Part shown: piece by piece, positions 46,675 to 61,199 of the stretch
Layout: the number at the start of each line of letters is the position of its first letter
Numbering within the stretch: position 1 is the stretch's first letter
From: Eledone cirrhosa
Taxonomy: Eukaryota
DNA length: 64,000 bases
NCBI GenBank assembly: GCA_964016885.1
Contig: OZ024742.1
Location: 251,968,001-252,032,000, forward strand
Direction: 5' to 3'
Made by a program: the position numbers and the translations under genes
Notes under the pieces: generated by a model
Seen by the model: only the letters and a program-made list of their open reading frames with translations
Database searches by the model: none
Told to the model about the DNA's origin: nothing

Positions 46675-46881
46675 CCTTTTAGCATTAAACCGGCTGTATC
46701 CGGCCAGAATTCCCTCACCTCTTTCTGTTAAAACTGGCTGCAACCAGCTGCTCATGCTTATGTTAAGGTATTGTTCTCAAAATAAATAATATCAAAATCT
46801 CATAGATTTGATATTATGTGAGATAAAGCCTTTACCGTGAAAATATAATAGTAAATATAGAGTAATGTAAATGCTAAAGGG
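46675..46881. mobile_element. piggyBac-like MITE family A (reverse orientation)
   Basis: ttaa-ccttttagcattaa ... taaatgctaaaggg. Confidence 0.82.
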
Positions 46882-47875
46882 GTAAGAGCAATAGAACATT
46901 GTAATGATTGGGTGCACTGTAGGGTTGGAATCATCAGAAATATTTTCACACTTTACAACTATATGAAATCAAGAAAAAGAGTTTGCAAAGGATTTTGTTG
47001 TGTGCGTGTGTGTGTGTGTGTGTGTGGGGGGGGGGGGGTACATTGTAGAAAGAAACAATTTTTGTGGTTGTCTTTAAAGTATGCTACTTACAGAATTATC
47101 TTGTGTGTGTATGGGAGGGGGGTGCATTATGGAAAGAGAATTTTTTTTACTGTTAAAGTGTCATCTTTCATGGCAGTCATCTTGCAATAGTAGGTAAAAT
47201 TACATTGTAGTTGGTGATGACTGTTGACTTCTGTTTGGGCTGTAAACAATAATGTTCACTTGTACAGTTAGGGCTGTAAACAATAATGTTCACTTGTACA
47301 AAGGTTTGAAGGTCCTGAGATTTGGTTGTGTCATGGATGTGAAGAAACAAACCTAGGAGGATAGAGAGATTTCATGCAAATGGTAGAGAATATAGAATTG
47401 TTGGTGCTCAAGCTGGCTGTTCTAAAGTAACAGATGGTTCATAAGAGCAGGGCTGTTGTGTGCTAGAATGATGTAAAGTGGGTTGCCTTAATTAGGTAGT
47501 GATCAGAGGATTTAATGGAGAGAAGGCATTGGCAGCTGTGTTTGGAGGTAAGAAAGGTCAAGAGTATTTCAATAGTTAGTGTGCTGATCAACAAAATGGG
47601 CATTTGAGAAGACTAAAGTTTAAATAATATTGTCATGATTTATTTACTTTACTTCTCTGATTGTTCTTTACAACAGTTCAATTGTGAATAAGGAACAAAA
47701 TTCTGTTTTCTTTGACACTGTCATACACACAAAAGTTATAAATACCCACTGTAAATAGCTATTTATTTTATCTATAATTACCTTGATTCTTCGTTTTATT
47801 TATTATATTCTAGTCTATACACCTATTTATCTGAATTTATATTTTCTTTGTAACATTTTATAAATATTTCAGAGT

Positions 47876-48465
47876 TATCTGGCAAGTAACTTGATCTAAG
47901 ACCATGTGTTAAAAGTAAAACTATTAGTGTGTGGAAATGTCATTTTAGCCACAGTGACACATCTGGCTAGTGACTTGATCTAAGATTATGTGTTACAACA
48001 AAAGCAATTACTGTGTTGATGAGTCATTTTAGCCACAAATGTACATGTTTGGCAAGTGATTGATCAAAGACCAGTGTTGAAATGAAAGCAATTACACGTG
48101 GAAGAGATATTTTAGCAATCTAAAAAAAAAATCAAGACACACACACATAAAAAAAAAATTAACTGTACATTTAGCATTTATTTTTGGTGTCAACATTTTC
48201 ATCACATTGTTTGTGACCTGTTTACTGACACAGTTTCATTGCAAATCAGTAGAACTATATCAGAAACCAGGTCGCAGACAGTGCAACAAAACTTTTGACA
48301 CTAAGAAATAAATGATAAATATAAAATAAAGTTTTAGGGTGTTTTTAAATGGTTAATATGTCTCTTCCTCGATGTAATTGCTATAGATGTAGCACAGTCT
48401 CAGATCAAGTCACTTGCCAGACATGTACAACTATGGTTAAAATGACTCTTCCTTGATGTAACTGG
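47876..48465. repeat. Foldback-like element: ~80-bp subrepeats arranged as inverted arms around an internal palindrome
   Basis: tggcaagt.acttgatc.aagac...ttttagc occurs three times at 47878-48118, with inverted copies at ~48350-48462. The segments 48165-48230 and 48258-48320 are imperfect reverse complements. Confidence 0.65.
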
Positions 48466-50333
48466 TTTACAAATGTTGTTTTTAAGAATCCTAAGAAATT
48501 AATGAAATTGATTCAGAATTTCAAAAAAAAAATTATTTTACCTATCTTTCTGGTATTTTTGTGAGGTCAGCTTTCAATATATTCCTAGGTCTTTCTCTTC
48601 CCCAGCTTCCCCCACCTTTGAGTGTCCTGCACTTCTTGATACAACTTTTATCCTTCACACACATCATGTAACTATACCAATGCAGCTCCACAATATAACA
48701 AGGTATCATGTGATGTGCATGAATGATGATTGATGGGTGAAGAAGTGCCAATGGATGGCAACCGAAGTAGAGGAAAACCGAGAAAGAGTTGATGAGAGCT
48801 AATCTCAAATCACTGACACAGAGGAGATGAAGAAACGTGCCAAGTGGAGAGATATTGTGCTGAAAAGGACCTGACCAACCCATGCAAGTGTGGAAAAACA
48901 CATGTAAAAATAATGATAATGATGATCATCATTGTCATTTATAGTATTATATGTTTTTCCATTGTGTTTAATCCTCTACAACTTCTTGGATATTGCAGAT
49001 AAATACAGGAAATGCAATAAAATTTTTTACGAATTATAGTTTAGCTTGGGTGTATCTAATGCAATAATAAAGCATTATAAAAGTGGTTAAGTGGCAGAAA
49101 TGTCAGAATGCTGAACTATATCAAACATTATTTAGTTTTATCACTCAGTATTCAGCATTCAAATCTTGTAATTGACTTTTCCATCTAACCTTCTTAGATT
49201 CATGAAAGAGGTACCAGTCAAGAATTAGGTTTGATTTAATTGGCTGCAACATACTTCTCTACAAATGCATAGCTTTGTGTAAATGTATGAGATCTTTTTA
49301 AGCTTTTCACTGTATTGATATGGTCATGTGATGTGCATGAAAGATGAGAGCTTCATAAAGAAATACAGTGTAACCAAAGTTGAAGGAACCTGTGGAAGAG
49401 GAAAACCTATGAAAGCATGGGATGAAGGTTGATCTCACAGGAGAGATGACATAGGATTGAGTCGACAGGCGATTTGTCACCAGGAAGAGGCCTATATCAA
49501 CATTTAGCCCTCAACGCATGCCTATCCTTCTAAACACCCCATTCACCTTAGTCTTGCCTCTCCTCACATCTTTACTATCTAAATACTCTGTGGCTCACAC
49601 AAAGTTATATATCTTGGCCCAGTCCATTTCCACCAATCTTATGTGTGGGGTGGACTGGATGCTTTTTTGTCATCACACACACACATATATATATATATAT
49701 CCAACCATTGTTAGCAGAGAAAACAGATGTTAAATGATGATTAATTATATATATATACACACACACATACATATATGCATGCAATGCACACACTTTGAAT
49801 GACTGTGCACAAAGATTACAATTTTGGGGTTCTATTTATAAGCTTATTATTATTATTGTTATTTTATCACTTATTCAATCTCAGAAAGTTGTTCTTAAAG
49901 TAGCTCTATTATTCTCCATTAGAAAGAGAATCAGAAATTTGAAGAAAGTAATCACAAAACAGCCTGTCACTCTTGATATAAAATGACAACAATGAGTCAA
50001 TGTATATGATAAACATCTATTCATGTCTATCATTAGATTACTGTTGAGCTCCAAAAAAATTCTGATGGTGTCAACCAGATCAATATCACAGCCAGGAAAC
50101 AATTAGTCTCTATTATAAGAGATTAAATATTCAAAACATTTCTCATAAAAAAACAACAACAAAAAAAAACAAAACAAGAAAGCTGAATAGTTAATATGTG
50201 TCCAACAATTCTGGAGATTGTTATTAGATACTGATTAGCTATATACATTAATTTAGAAGCTATTAACATGGCTAGCTGATACACAGAGATTCTTCTTCAG
50301 AGATTCTCCCAATATGTGTGTGTGTATGTATAT

Positions 50334-50379
<46 letters not shown>

Positions 50380-53300
50380 AATGGTAAAATACAGCAAAAA
50401 AGAAAAACAACCCCCACACACACAACAGAATACACGCATACACAGCATCAACAGAACATGCACACAATTTCTGTATAGCCAGCACTTAGAGAAGACCACT
50501 TTAGATATCTCTTAAAATAAACCTTAGCTGGGGTATTGAATTGTTTCCTATTAGTACCAATGGCTTGTTAAAGCTATAAAAACAAGACTTCCCAAATATG
50601 TCTTTTTATGGCAACATCTCAGGTTATGCATTAAGAATATTCTTATATCTTACAGATAACATTACAAGAGTCTTCCTTTGTTCAATTAGTTTGAAATTAT
50701 CAATGGATATTCATCAATATAGCAGTTGAAGCTATGTGCAGAATCAATGGTGACACCATTATCATCATAATAATCAAATTGACTATACTTATTGTACAGT
50801 GGTTCCAGTTGCCAAGATTCCTGAATATGGAATCCCTATTTATACTTTTACCATATTAACTAAACAAGTTGCCATTAAGTACTGCATATACTTGAATATA
50901 AGCAAAACTTTATTTTACGTCTCAGAAAAAGACAAAAATCCAAACCCTATGTATATGCTTAAGAAGCTCATCGACACAGATAGTAGTTTTGAAATTCTCA
51001 CGAGTAGAGAATATATTTATGAAGTTTCAATATTTTGATGTTTAAAATGTTTTAAGTGTAGTTTAGAGCAGTGGTTGTCCACTTTTCGGACCTCATGGAC
51101 CACTAAATCCATAATTTTAAATCCTGCGGACCACTAAATTCATAATTTTAAATCCCGCAGACTACTAATATGAATTTTTTTAAAAAGATAAATACATTTG
51201 TAAAATAATGATCAGAGAACTTCCATTTTATTAATAAGAAGTGCACCTATTAAAATATTTTTAGTGGGGTTATAAAATATATTTTAATTGAATATTATTT
51301 TTATTATTAATAAAACATAAAAATTGCAAATATTGTCCAAATTTTTCTGCAGACCACGAGAGAAGGGGGGGGGGTATAGAGGACGAATTGAACCCAGTAT
51401 TAGACTGGTACTTTTTCTATCAACTTGAAAGGATAAAAGGCAAAGTTGACTTCTGAGAGATTTGAATTCAGAGCACAGAGAGGTGGAATGAATATTGCAA
51501 AGTATACAGTGATTACAACAATTGAAAGAGTGAAACAAAGACATCCAAGTTGACTCAAGATAATGACAATATAAAAGAAAAAGAAAGTTAGCAAATTTAT
51601 GTAATTTATGCTGTGAAGGTTAAAGATCTTTCAGAATAATTCAACTACAGTGAAAACAGAGAGATATTTATTGATTGTCATGGGTTAAATATCAGAGATT
51701 TGTCTCCAAATTTTGGTGACAGCTGACAGAAAAGATGATTTTTCAAATTGCAGATTCCTTAATGGCTCTATATTTTCAGTCTACTTTACTGAAATAGGTT
51801 GCAATGTTAGTTTATGAAAGGATTAAATATGAGAGCAGCAAACATTCTTTTAATATATTAGTGGTTTTAAGGGCAGTGGATTGGCAGAATAATAATGAAA
51901 TTATTGTGTACAGTGTTCAGGTGCACTACAACTTGTCAAAGTTGCATATATAGTACATAGAATAATGTACAAATGTCATGAAAATGAACAGTGTATGAGT
52001 CTTGATATATATGTGTGCATGTGTATGGAGGGGGGAGGTATCAGGTATAGTGTTGGCGAGTTTCAGGAAGCATGGAGGTTTTAAAGGACAACATACTTTG
52101 GGGTACATAGTTATGGTCCTATATGTTCCGAGTTCAATCCTGCTGAGGTTGACTTTGCCTTCATCCTTAAGGGGTTGCTAAAATAAAGTACCAGTAATGC
52201 ACCGAGGTTGATTTAATCGACTTTCTCCTCCCACCAAAATTGTTGGCGTTGTGCCTAAATCAGAAACCATTATTTTAGCGGTTTTAAGGGTGGTGGATTG
52301 ATGAATTGGTAGAGCATCAGGTAAAATACCATTACGGTATTTGTTTTGACACTCTACATTCTGAGTTCAAATGCTGCCAATGTCAAATTTGCCTTTCATC
52401 CTTCTGGGGTTGATAAAATAAAGTACCAGTCACATACTGGGATCAATATAATTGACTTTTCCCTGTCCACAAATTGTTGGTCTTGTGCCTAAATTTGAAA
52501 TCATTATTCTAGTGGTTTTAGTCTTTGAACATTGAACCTTCTGAAGGTAGTGCATTCAAAAGTTATAATTGAATGTATAGCAGTACATTATATCAAATAA
52601 GTTTAGGATTTACACTTACAACTACCAAACTTTAAATTTGTACCTCCACACCTTCTCCTATAGACATCTATATTTAGCTTTTCCCTCTCTAGTAGTGATG
52701 ATAGCGTTGTATCAACTCCAGTACTTTGGCTGTCTGATACTTGCTTTTATCAATCTCTATTGATTGAATAGCCAAATTTTACTTAGTGTCAAGGGAGATA
52801 ACTTATACACACTGCAACAATGAATTGTTCAACACACAGTGATTTGCAGAGTTGCTAAAATGTTGAATTAAATGCTTTGGTGTTTGTTCTGGCTCCCTAG
52901 AGTATTACCTGTGCATTTGGAAGTCCACAAGAAAAGACTCAGGTCCTGAATCTTGTCTTATGACCCTTAGAACATACATGCTAGTGCAGAGTAGCAGGAC
53001 TCTTAACTTGGCCTTAATAAAGAAAATATTAATCTACTATGGTATTGAGTACTCATTCTTATGACTGCCAATGCTAAGCATGCACACACACACATGTATA
53101 TATAAGATGCTACTAGTTGAAACGGTTCAAACTTAACAGTAAGGCAAAGAATCCCTATAATAATAACAGATATATTGACTGTCGATTGATTGATAAGATC
53201 CCAGACCCCATTCACTTAACGAGTGGGGTGGAGCTCGTCCAATCGGACCGAGGAAACAATGTTTCCATTGGTCCTTCCAATTGCTAATACTATCTGCTGG

Positions 53301-53470
53301 TCACAAATCCAGGCAGAAGGAGCAATGTGAAATAAAGTGTCTTGCTCAAGGGCATAACGCATTGTCCGGTCTGGGAATTGAAATCACAATCTCATGATTG
53401 CGAATCCAATTCTCTAACCATTCAGCCATGCACCTTCATATATATATGATATACAATATATTAAATTTAA

Positions 53471-53649
53471 CACTTTAGTTTTTAAACCGGCCATATCCGG
53501 CCAGAATTCTCTTACCTTTTTCTGTTCAAACCAGTTGTAACTGACCACTCATGCTGATAGATTCGATACTATGTGAGATAATTATGTGCAGTAAAGCCTT
53601 TACCATGAAAATATAATAGTATATATAGAGTAATGTAAATGCTAAAGGG
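53471..53649. mobile_element. piggyBac-like MITE family A
   Basis: TTAA flanks and a taaatgctaaaggg end. Confidence 0.8.
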
Positions 53650-53984
53650 TTAAGCCCAAATCTCACTTTGGGAGGGGTACAAGTCAAATTGGCTTTAAAA
53701 AAGTCACTTTTAACTTATATAATGCCTCAACCATGGTTTGGGCTTAAAATTAATATATTTTAATATTTCACTGAGTGGATAATTAGTTTATTAATTAATA
53801 TATCTTGTCGTTTCTCACTATGTAGAAAAGGAAGGCTGTATGATGCCTGTGCGCAATGCTGCATGGTAATGAAACATGGGTTGTGATTGCACAGGACATG
53901 TGGAGAGAAATGAAACACCGATGACTCCAACATGTATTATTTGATTTACTATACAGATTACTAGTTTGAATCTTACCTCTCCTG

Positions 53985-54940
53985 ATGTTTTTAGAATCTC
54001 AACAACTATTCTGATGGTCCTGCAGTTTTACCCTTATTCATCTCCTTGAGTGCGTCTTTGACCCTAAAACTGTCAACGTCAGTAGCTGGTCTTTCCTTTG
54101 GGTAAGTTGGGGGTAATTTCTCTTTCTTTCAATCATTCTCTACATTCACCAATCTCTCATAGTAACATTCCAAGGCCTCTTCTTTTGGGATGCATCATTT
54201 CTAACACATCTTTCCCTAACATCTCAATTCACACTAACACTCTGCCTTGTCTGCCTTGCAATATGGAACACTTCATGTCTCTGATCTTCACGTCTCAAGA
54301 CATTGGCAAATTTACCTGTCGTCTAGCTTCTTTCTTAGCTACTTGGTACTGGTCTCTGCTACCCCTATTTTTCCAGTTTTTCCATGCCTGTCTCTTGGCT
54401 TAATGGCTGTATCCACTGTGCTGTTCCACCACCAGGTCACCCTCTGTCTAGCTGGTGCTTTACTGCAAATCTCATCAGTAGTTCACAAAACGTTGTTGAG
54501 TAAGAATTTCCAGTTCACCTCTACGTTATATGCATCTAGCTTGTCATCTCTCTCATCAAATGCATTCCGCAAGACCTTTCTAAACCTATATTTAACCGAG
54601 AGGCCCTTTATCTTCCACACCCTCAGTCTCCATATTTTTCTGTGTGTCTTGTTCTGTCCTTTGTTTATTTTGATGTTACCAATAATTAACTTGTACTGAG
54701 CAGTGCATTCTTCTCCAGAAAGGACTTAGTATTTATTACAGTCTGTTTGTCTTGTTGTCTAACAAGTAAGTAATCAATTTGGTTTGTGTATTCACCTGAT
54801 TGATATGAAATCAGGTGGTTGGCTGGTTTTCTGAAATTTGTGTTGCAAATGGTTAGTTCATTTGCATCACAGAATTCCAGGAATCTCAGCGCTTCTTCAT
54901 TCCTTGAGTCATAACCATTGCCGCCATGAACTCTGCTGAA
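53985..54940 (-). mobile_element. Degraded RTE LINE fragment (APE C-terminus to linker)
   Basis: HGGNGYDSRNEEALRFLEFC...CNTNFRK...QIDYLLVR. Confidence 0.8.
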
Positions 54941-55721
54941 TCTATATGTATATATATATATATACATACAAACGCACACACACTCACAAAAATACATGCA
55001 TACATACAACATGTTCTCACACTCACGAATATATGCTTTCTCTCTCTCACACACACTCAAACACTTGTACATGTGAGCATACACTAAAAACTAAGATTGA
55101 AAAAAAAAATGAAGGTGAATAATGTTTGTAAAGTGTGAAGGAAATTTATCATGACTGTATTTTTTTCTCTCAGTCTACAGCCATTGATGTTCAAAAAAAG
55201 ATAGCAAATGAAAGAAACTTGATTCACATTGCTCACAAAATATTAAAAAAAAAAAAGAAATTAAAAACATTAGAAAATATAAAATTTGTAATAAATGTAT
55301 TTCTTTCAATTATGTTGTTTCTTATTATTGACTGATCAATCAAGTGATTGATTTCAAACACATTTAAAATTCTTATTCAATTTTCAACAAAATTAATCAG
55401 TGACTTGATAAAATAGAAATGTTAGTAAATTTATTTTAAAGCTTTAAATAAAAAGAAGAGATACTTATCACAGAGTGTTGGCCCTATACCACATCTCAAC
55501 ACATTCTGTAACATATGTAGAGACCTGTAACTCCTGGTGGAATCGTAAGGGTTCTGTAGTGATATTGAGCATGCCTTTTGCATTTCAAACCTGGCTGAGC
55601 CCATCCCCTCTTTAGGTCTGAATACAGCTGATTTCTTCCAGAGAAGCAGAGGAAGTGAGAAAGAAACATAGAGGAAGAATTGACCCACAGTACTTGAATG
55701 TTTTTTTATTGACCTCTAAAG

Positions 55722-55945
55722 CAAGCATGTCAAACTGAGGGTGCCCCAAGGGCCGCATGGGTCACATATGTGTTATCTGAGGGCTGCTGACGACAACTAA
55801 ATTGTGCACATTACAACTAATTTTTAAAATCTTATATCACAAAGATAAAACATGCCCGCGCTGTAAAAACCTTTGTCTGGGCCGCAGATGTGCTTGTAAA
55901 GGGGTGCAGGTGTACTTGTAAAGGGCCGCATGTTTGACATGCCTG
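55722..55945. mobile_element. hAT-type MITE with 8-bp TSD, inserted in a SINE A
   Basis: TIR caagcatgtcaaac / gtttgacatgcctg; TSD ctctaaag at 55714-55721 and 55946-55953. Confidence 0.88.
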
Positions 55946-57179
55946 CTCTAAAGGACGAAAGGCGAAGTTGGCTTCAGTGGGATTTGAACTCAGAGAGCCA
56001 GATTGACTACCACAAAGCATTTTATCCAACATTCTAATGACTACCAATTTGATGCCTGCTCACAGATAATATTTTATATACCAAGCATCCATTTTATAGG
56101 CAACATCGTATTTAAAGAATAATGTTAAATGTTTCTTTATTTATGTGACAACTGGTATACATATTTTTATATCTTATATTTGTCGAAATGCTTGCAGGTC
56201 CATAGAGCTAAAGCTTATCCCAGTTTCACATTATATAAAGCAAGTGTATAACACTTCTACTTCAAAACAGAATACCAATCAAATCAGTGGCATATGGTGG
56301 GTAAATATTTGTCAGATCCAGCTTGATTGAAATATCATTAGGCATGAGGGGAATTTAAGAATTAAGAAAGCCCCAATTATAAATACACATAAACCCCTAA
56401 TGAATAATAGAATGAAGCTACATAAGGCTGAGTGGTTTTAAAGAATGTGCCATACATGCAAAATCTACACACACAACATAGGAAAGATCCATTGAAGAAC
56501 ACATTGTTTTTTCATTTTTTTCATTTGAAAAGGTTTTGACCATAAAATATTATGATGAAATATACAGGGTAAAAAACACTTTTGCTTTATTTGTCATCCT
56601 TTACCTCAATACCACCTTTATATATATGCTTCTATCTACATGGTACCAGCTTTCTGAAGTTCTTATCACTAAATACTTAGGCATGTCTTCATATAACATA
56701 AATGACATGTAGAAATAGTGCAAAACTAGTATAATTAACACCTGTTGTCAATCTGTTTATCACAAGGTTTGAACTGTCTCATTAGACAACCCATCAAATT
56801 GAGATATTCAGATTGTCCTCCTTACAACATCTCAATTGATTCAAGATCTATTTGATGCATTTTGTTTACATTTGAAGTGTATATTTTTCATTTGCTTTCA
56901 TATTCACATTTTCATCTTAAATAAACTGAAACCACAGCATTTATATTTTTTCAGAAAGTGAAACAATACTAGTTTGCATTATAGAATACATCTTTACTTT
57001 GGTTATTTTGAAAACCCATACAAGCTATTCATGTTTTTTATTCATATAACGAGTATGCAAATATATTTATTATTTTTTTTTATTTTTAAGTACAGGATTG
57101 CTCAGTTCTTTGAAGATACATCTTATAATAGCTCTAATGTTTTGCTCACTTGATCTGATTATCATTTCTTTTCAGATAA

Positions 57180-57527
57180 ATGATGACAGGCATCAAGCTA
57201 ACTCAGCAAATGAAAAGGTACACAATAACCATTGCCTTAACTGCAGAGCATAGTGATTTAAAGATTGCTTGCTTTCTGAATGTTGCACAGTCATTTGTTG
57301 TCAAAGTTTGTCAAGAGTTAGAAGCTGCTGATGGGAACTTTACAGCAGTAGACAAACATAAAATGCCTGCTAAGGGTCCTAATATCACAAGAAAACCAAC
57401 ATTTGTACAAAAAGTGCCAAAAGAACCAATAAGAACCCCCAAAAGTCAATTAATGCCATTGCTAAGGAGCTCAAGGTTTCAAGGCACACTATTGAAAGAA
57501 TTGTGTATGAGGATATGTTATATGTAA
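57180..57527 (+). pseudogene. Probable Tc1/mariner-superfamily transposase N-terminal (HTH) remnant
   Basis: KRYTITIAL..HSDLKIACFLNVAQSFVVKV resembles the transposase HTH; degenerate and truncated. Confidence 0.45.
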
Positions 57528-58919
57528 AAACAAAAACAAAACACTTTTTACTGAACCACAAAGGTATTTAGCATTAGTACTTTACTGTAGTTTTCATACA
57601 AAAGAATTAACAGCACTGAGAATAAGGTACCACCTTAATTCTCCAAATAAGGACTTCCAGATAAATGCCAATTGAAATGTTTGTTTTAAGGAGGACAATA
57701 TCATAAATAGAAAAATATGAACTCATGAACATGTGCATATGTTAACACATGAACTAGCATAAATAATTTGAAATGATATTGGATGAGATGTTCAAACTTA
57801 GATACAGAATTGTATATAAATATATCTTTTGATATAGCACTCTATCTAAGACCTATTTTATTTTGAAGAATTTTCTTTCAGACTCCCTGCTACAATTATA
57901 CCCTTCTCAGATTGTTACACTGTGAGAATAACAATTGAAAGAAAGAAATGGTGGATTCACAATAGCATGAGTATATTATGTTTTTATCAAAGTACTTGAA
58001 ATTTTAAACTTAGCTCATGCCCAAGCCCTTTTTCAGACAACCAAGAGTCTATAGATTTCAGGTTGGGAACCACTGTGCTAGATGAACACTGGTTTAATGT
58101 CTATGAGACAGATAAATTAAATTTGGTGCTAAAATACTATCAACAAGTCTATACACAATTTAACAAAAGATTAACTAGTATTTACAGTAATTACTACATT
58201 GAATGTCCTACATTATATACATAAATACATACATTACACATACACATAGATACATATATAAATCGAAAACTGTTAATTATTGAAAAACTGTAACAAATGA
58301 GGTGATAGAATTCCAAAGGATGGAGTTGATTTGCTTTGCTTGAATTATTCTGATATTTTGCATTGATTTAAGGGAAAATGTTTACATTACCAAGATTGCA
58401 TCTTTTAGACATTGACTAAAGATGTTTCTATGAAATAGCTTCAAGACTGAAGCAAACAAGTTGCTAATGAGGACTCTTATAGACAAAAACACATAGGTAT
58501 ATAATATATACTACGTGTGTGTGTGTACGTGCATGTCAAAATATATGCTAGCATGGTCTGGACAGGGCATTTTGAGATAGAATTCTACAGCCAGATGCCC
58601 TTCCTGGTGCCAACTCTCATGTTTTCATAAGTATGGTATGTTTGTATTTCAGTGGGATCTCTGTTTATACAGTATGCTAACAAATATCATCACCTGTAAT
58701 GATGAATGCAAAGAGATGAGACAAATAAACAGACACTAACAGACATGTGATGAGCTTCCTTACAGTTTCAGTCCACCAATTCACTCCCAGGATACTGGTC
58801 AACTCAAAGCAATAATAGAAAACAATTACTCAAAGTGTCACACAATAGGATAGAACCCAAGACCATGTGGTTGCAAAACAAATTTCTCAACCACACAGAT
58901 AGGCTTACCATCATCATCA

Positions 58920-61155
58920 TTTTTATGTCTGCTTTTCAATGCTTGCATGGATTTGATGGGCCCTTCTCAGCACAGCATCTCTCCACTCGCCATGCTCCTT
59001 CGTCATCTCCTCTGTGAGTCTCAGCAAATCGAGGTCAGCTCTCACCACCTCAGCCCAGGCCTTTTTTCAGTCTACCTCTATTGTAGCTTCCACCCACTGG
59101 CATATCCTGGCATTTCTTCACCCATTGATCATCTTTCATGTGCATCACATGTCCGTACCAACATAGTCTTTTCCCCCACACATCACCTTGGATTCTTCTT
59201 AACCCTTTAGCATTCACATTACTCTATATATACTATTATATTTTCTTGGTAAAGGCTTTACCTCACATAATATCGAATCTATGAGATTTTGAAAGTATTT
59301 ACTTTAAGAACAATACCGTAACATCAGTTTGAGTGACCAGTTACAGCCACTTTCAACAGAAAGAGGTAGAGAATTCTGGCTGGTTTGAACATTAAAGGGT
59401 TAAACTCAATTTCTCCCTCAGTTCATCAAAGCTCTGCCTTTCTTTCACATTTACATTGTACATCCAACAAAGCAAGACTGCTTCATTTCTCTCCAGTCTA
59501 TGCATGTCTTCTGCAGTCACTTCCCATGTTTCACTACCATGCAGCATCACACTTTGCACACAGGCATCATACAGTCATCCTTTTGTATGTAGGGAGAAAC
59601 CTTTTGTTGTCAACAGTAAGAGTAGCTCTCTAAACTTCTTCCATCCTATTCTAGCTACTATGCTCTCAGACCAGCCTCCTCTGCTGCTAATTAAGTAACC
59701 TAGATAGCAGAAGCTATCAACCACTTTCATGGATCCTTCCCATGACTTGAAGAGGTTTATATCACTGACATTATCCCTTGATTACTCCTGTGCATCTTCT
59801 AGATAGAAAGTCCTCCGTTCCTGTTAGTCTACCTGTTATCCCACTACATCTCTTGTAGCCAAGATTTACATTGTGCACACTGCATGGGCTTTATGCCAAC
59901 TCCTTTTCTACATATTGAGCAGGGTCACTTCCCTGATGGGATCAGGGTCCTATCTTCTTTCATACTCACTAACACTTTAGTTTTGACAAAGTTTATCCTC
60001 TGATCCTTTGATTCCTTTGATTCCAAATTCTGTTACCATAGACAGAACTTATTTCTAATACCTTTATGGATTTGGCTATAAGGACCAAATCATCAGCATT
60101 GAGAAGTCCCCATGGACAGCCCATTTTAAACTTCTCTGTTATGGCCTGCAGGACTATGATGAACAACAGTGGGCTGACAACTGTACCTTGAGTTCCTCAC
60201 TAAACTCACTTTATGGACAGCTCCTCTGTACATGGTTTGCACTGCTCTCACAGCCATTCTTATATACCTAATTTCCTTAATGACCACCAGATAATGGATT
60301 GAGGTACTCTGTCAAAAGTATTTTCTAGATAAACAAAAGCTAAATATAGTGGGTTATTCTTAGCTAGGAACTTCTCTTTACAAGAGAAGTTCCTAGCCTT
60401 ATAAAGAAGTGGGTATCTGTAGTAAGTTTCCCAGGCATGAAACCAAACTGCATCTCATCTATTTTGACTTGGTCCCTAATTAGTTGCACTATAACTCTTT
60501 CCATAACTTTCATAACTTGGTCCATTAGTTTTATTCCTCTATAGTTGCTATTTTCTAGAGCATCACCTTTGCCCTTGTAGCAATTTGTGATTATACTTCT
60601 GCGCTAGTCATTGGGTATGACACCATTCTGTATTACCTGATTGACTAGATGGGTTACTAGTTTGACTCCTACTTCTGATGGTGATTTTAGCATCACAGCA
60701 ACAATCTCTGATAGTCCCACAGCTTTACCATTCTTCATCTCCTTGATTGCATCTTTGACCCTATAACTGTCAACTTTAATAGTTGGTCCTGCCTTTGGGT
60801 AAGTTGGGGGTAGTTTCTCTTTCTCTCATTCATCAATATCTCAGAGTAACATTTCCAGGCATCTTTCTTTTGGGCATCAGTGGTGCTAAGTGCACCAGCG
60901 TCATTTCTAACATATTTTCCCCCAACAACATCTTGATGTTGTGGAACACTTCACATCTCCGATCCTCATGTCTCAAGGTATTGGCAAATTTTCTTCTTTT
61001 GGCTTCTCCCTGAGCTGTGTATACCTGTTGTCTAGCTTCTCTCAGCTACCTGGTAATGGTCTCTGCCATCCATTTTACATGCCTATCTCTTAGTTTTAAT
61101 GGCTCTATGCATTGTGCTGTTCCATCACTAGGTCATCCTCTGTCTGATTGGCACT
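58920..61155 (-). mobile_element. Old degraded RTE LINE (linker, RT, 3' tail) interrupted by a MITE
   Basis: Colinear nucleotide similarity to 42420-44110 and 53985-54940, with many indels. Confidence 0.82.
59203..59399. mobile_element. piggyBac-like MITE family A inserted into RTE
   Basis: TTAA (59199-59202)-ccctttagcatt ... attaaaggg-TTAA (59400-59403). Confidence 0.85.
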
Positions 61156-61199
61156 TTACTCCAGCAACAAGTCTTGCCTATATCATTTCATTTTTCATT

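Noticed and set aside
49605-50515. ORFs rich in YI/CV/HT dipeptides
   Set aside because: They are translations of (TA)n and (CA)n microsatellites.
50789-50821. Possible small upstream host exon (ccatattcag|GAATCTTGG...)
   Set aside because: The acceptor is plausible but the donor is weak and the phase ambiguous; it cannot be supported without transcripts.
52620-52667. Possible exon ending at a gtaagt donor (minus strand)
   Set aside because: Poor polypyrimidine tract and no recognisable peptide.
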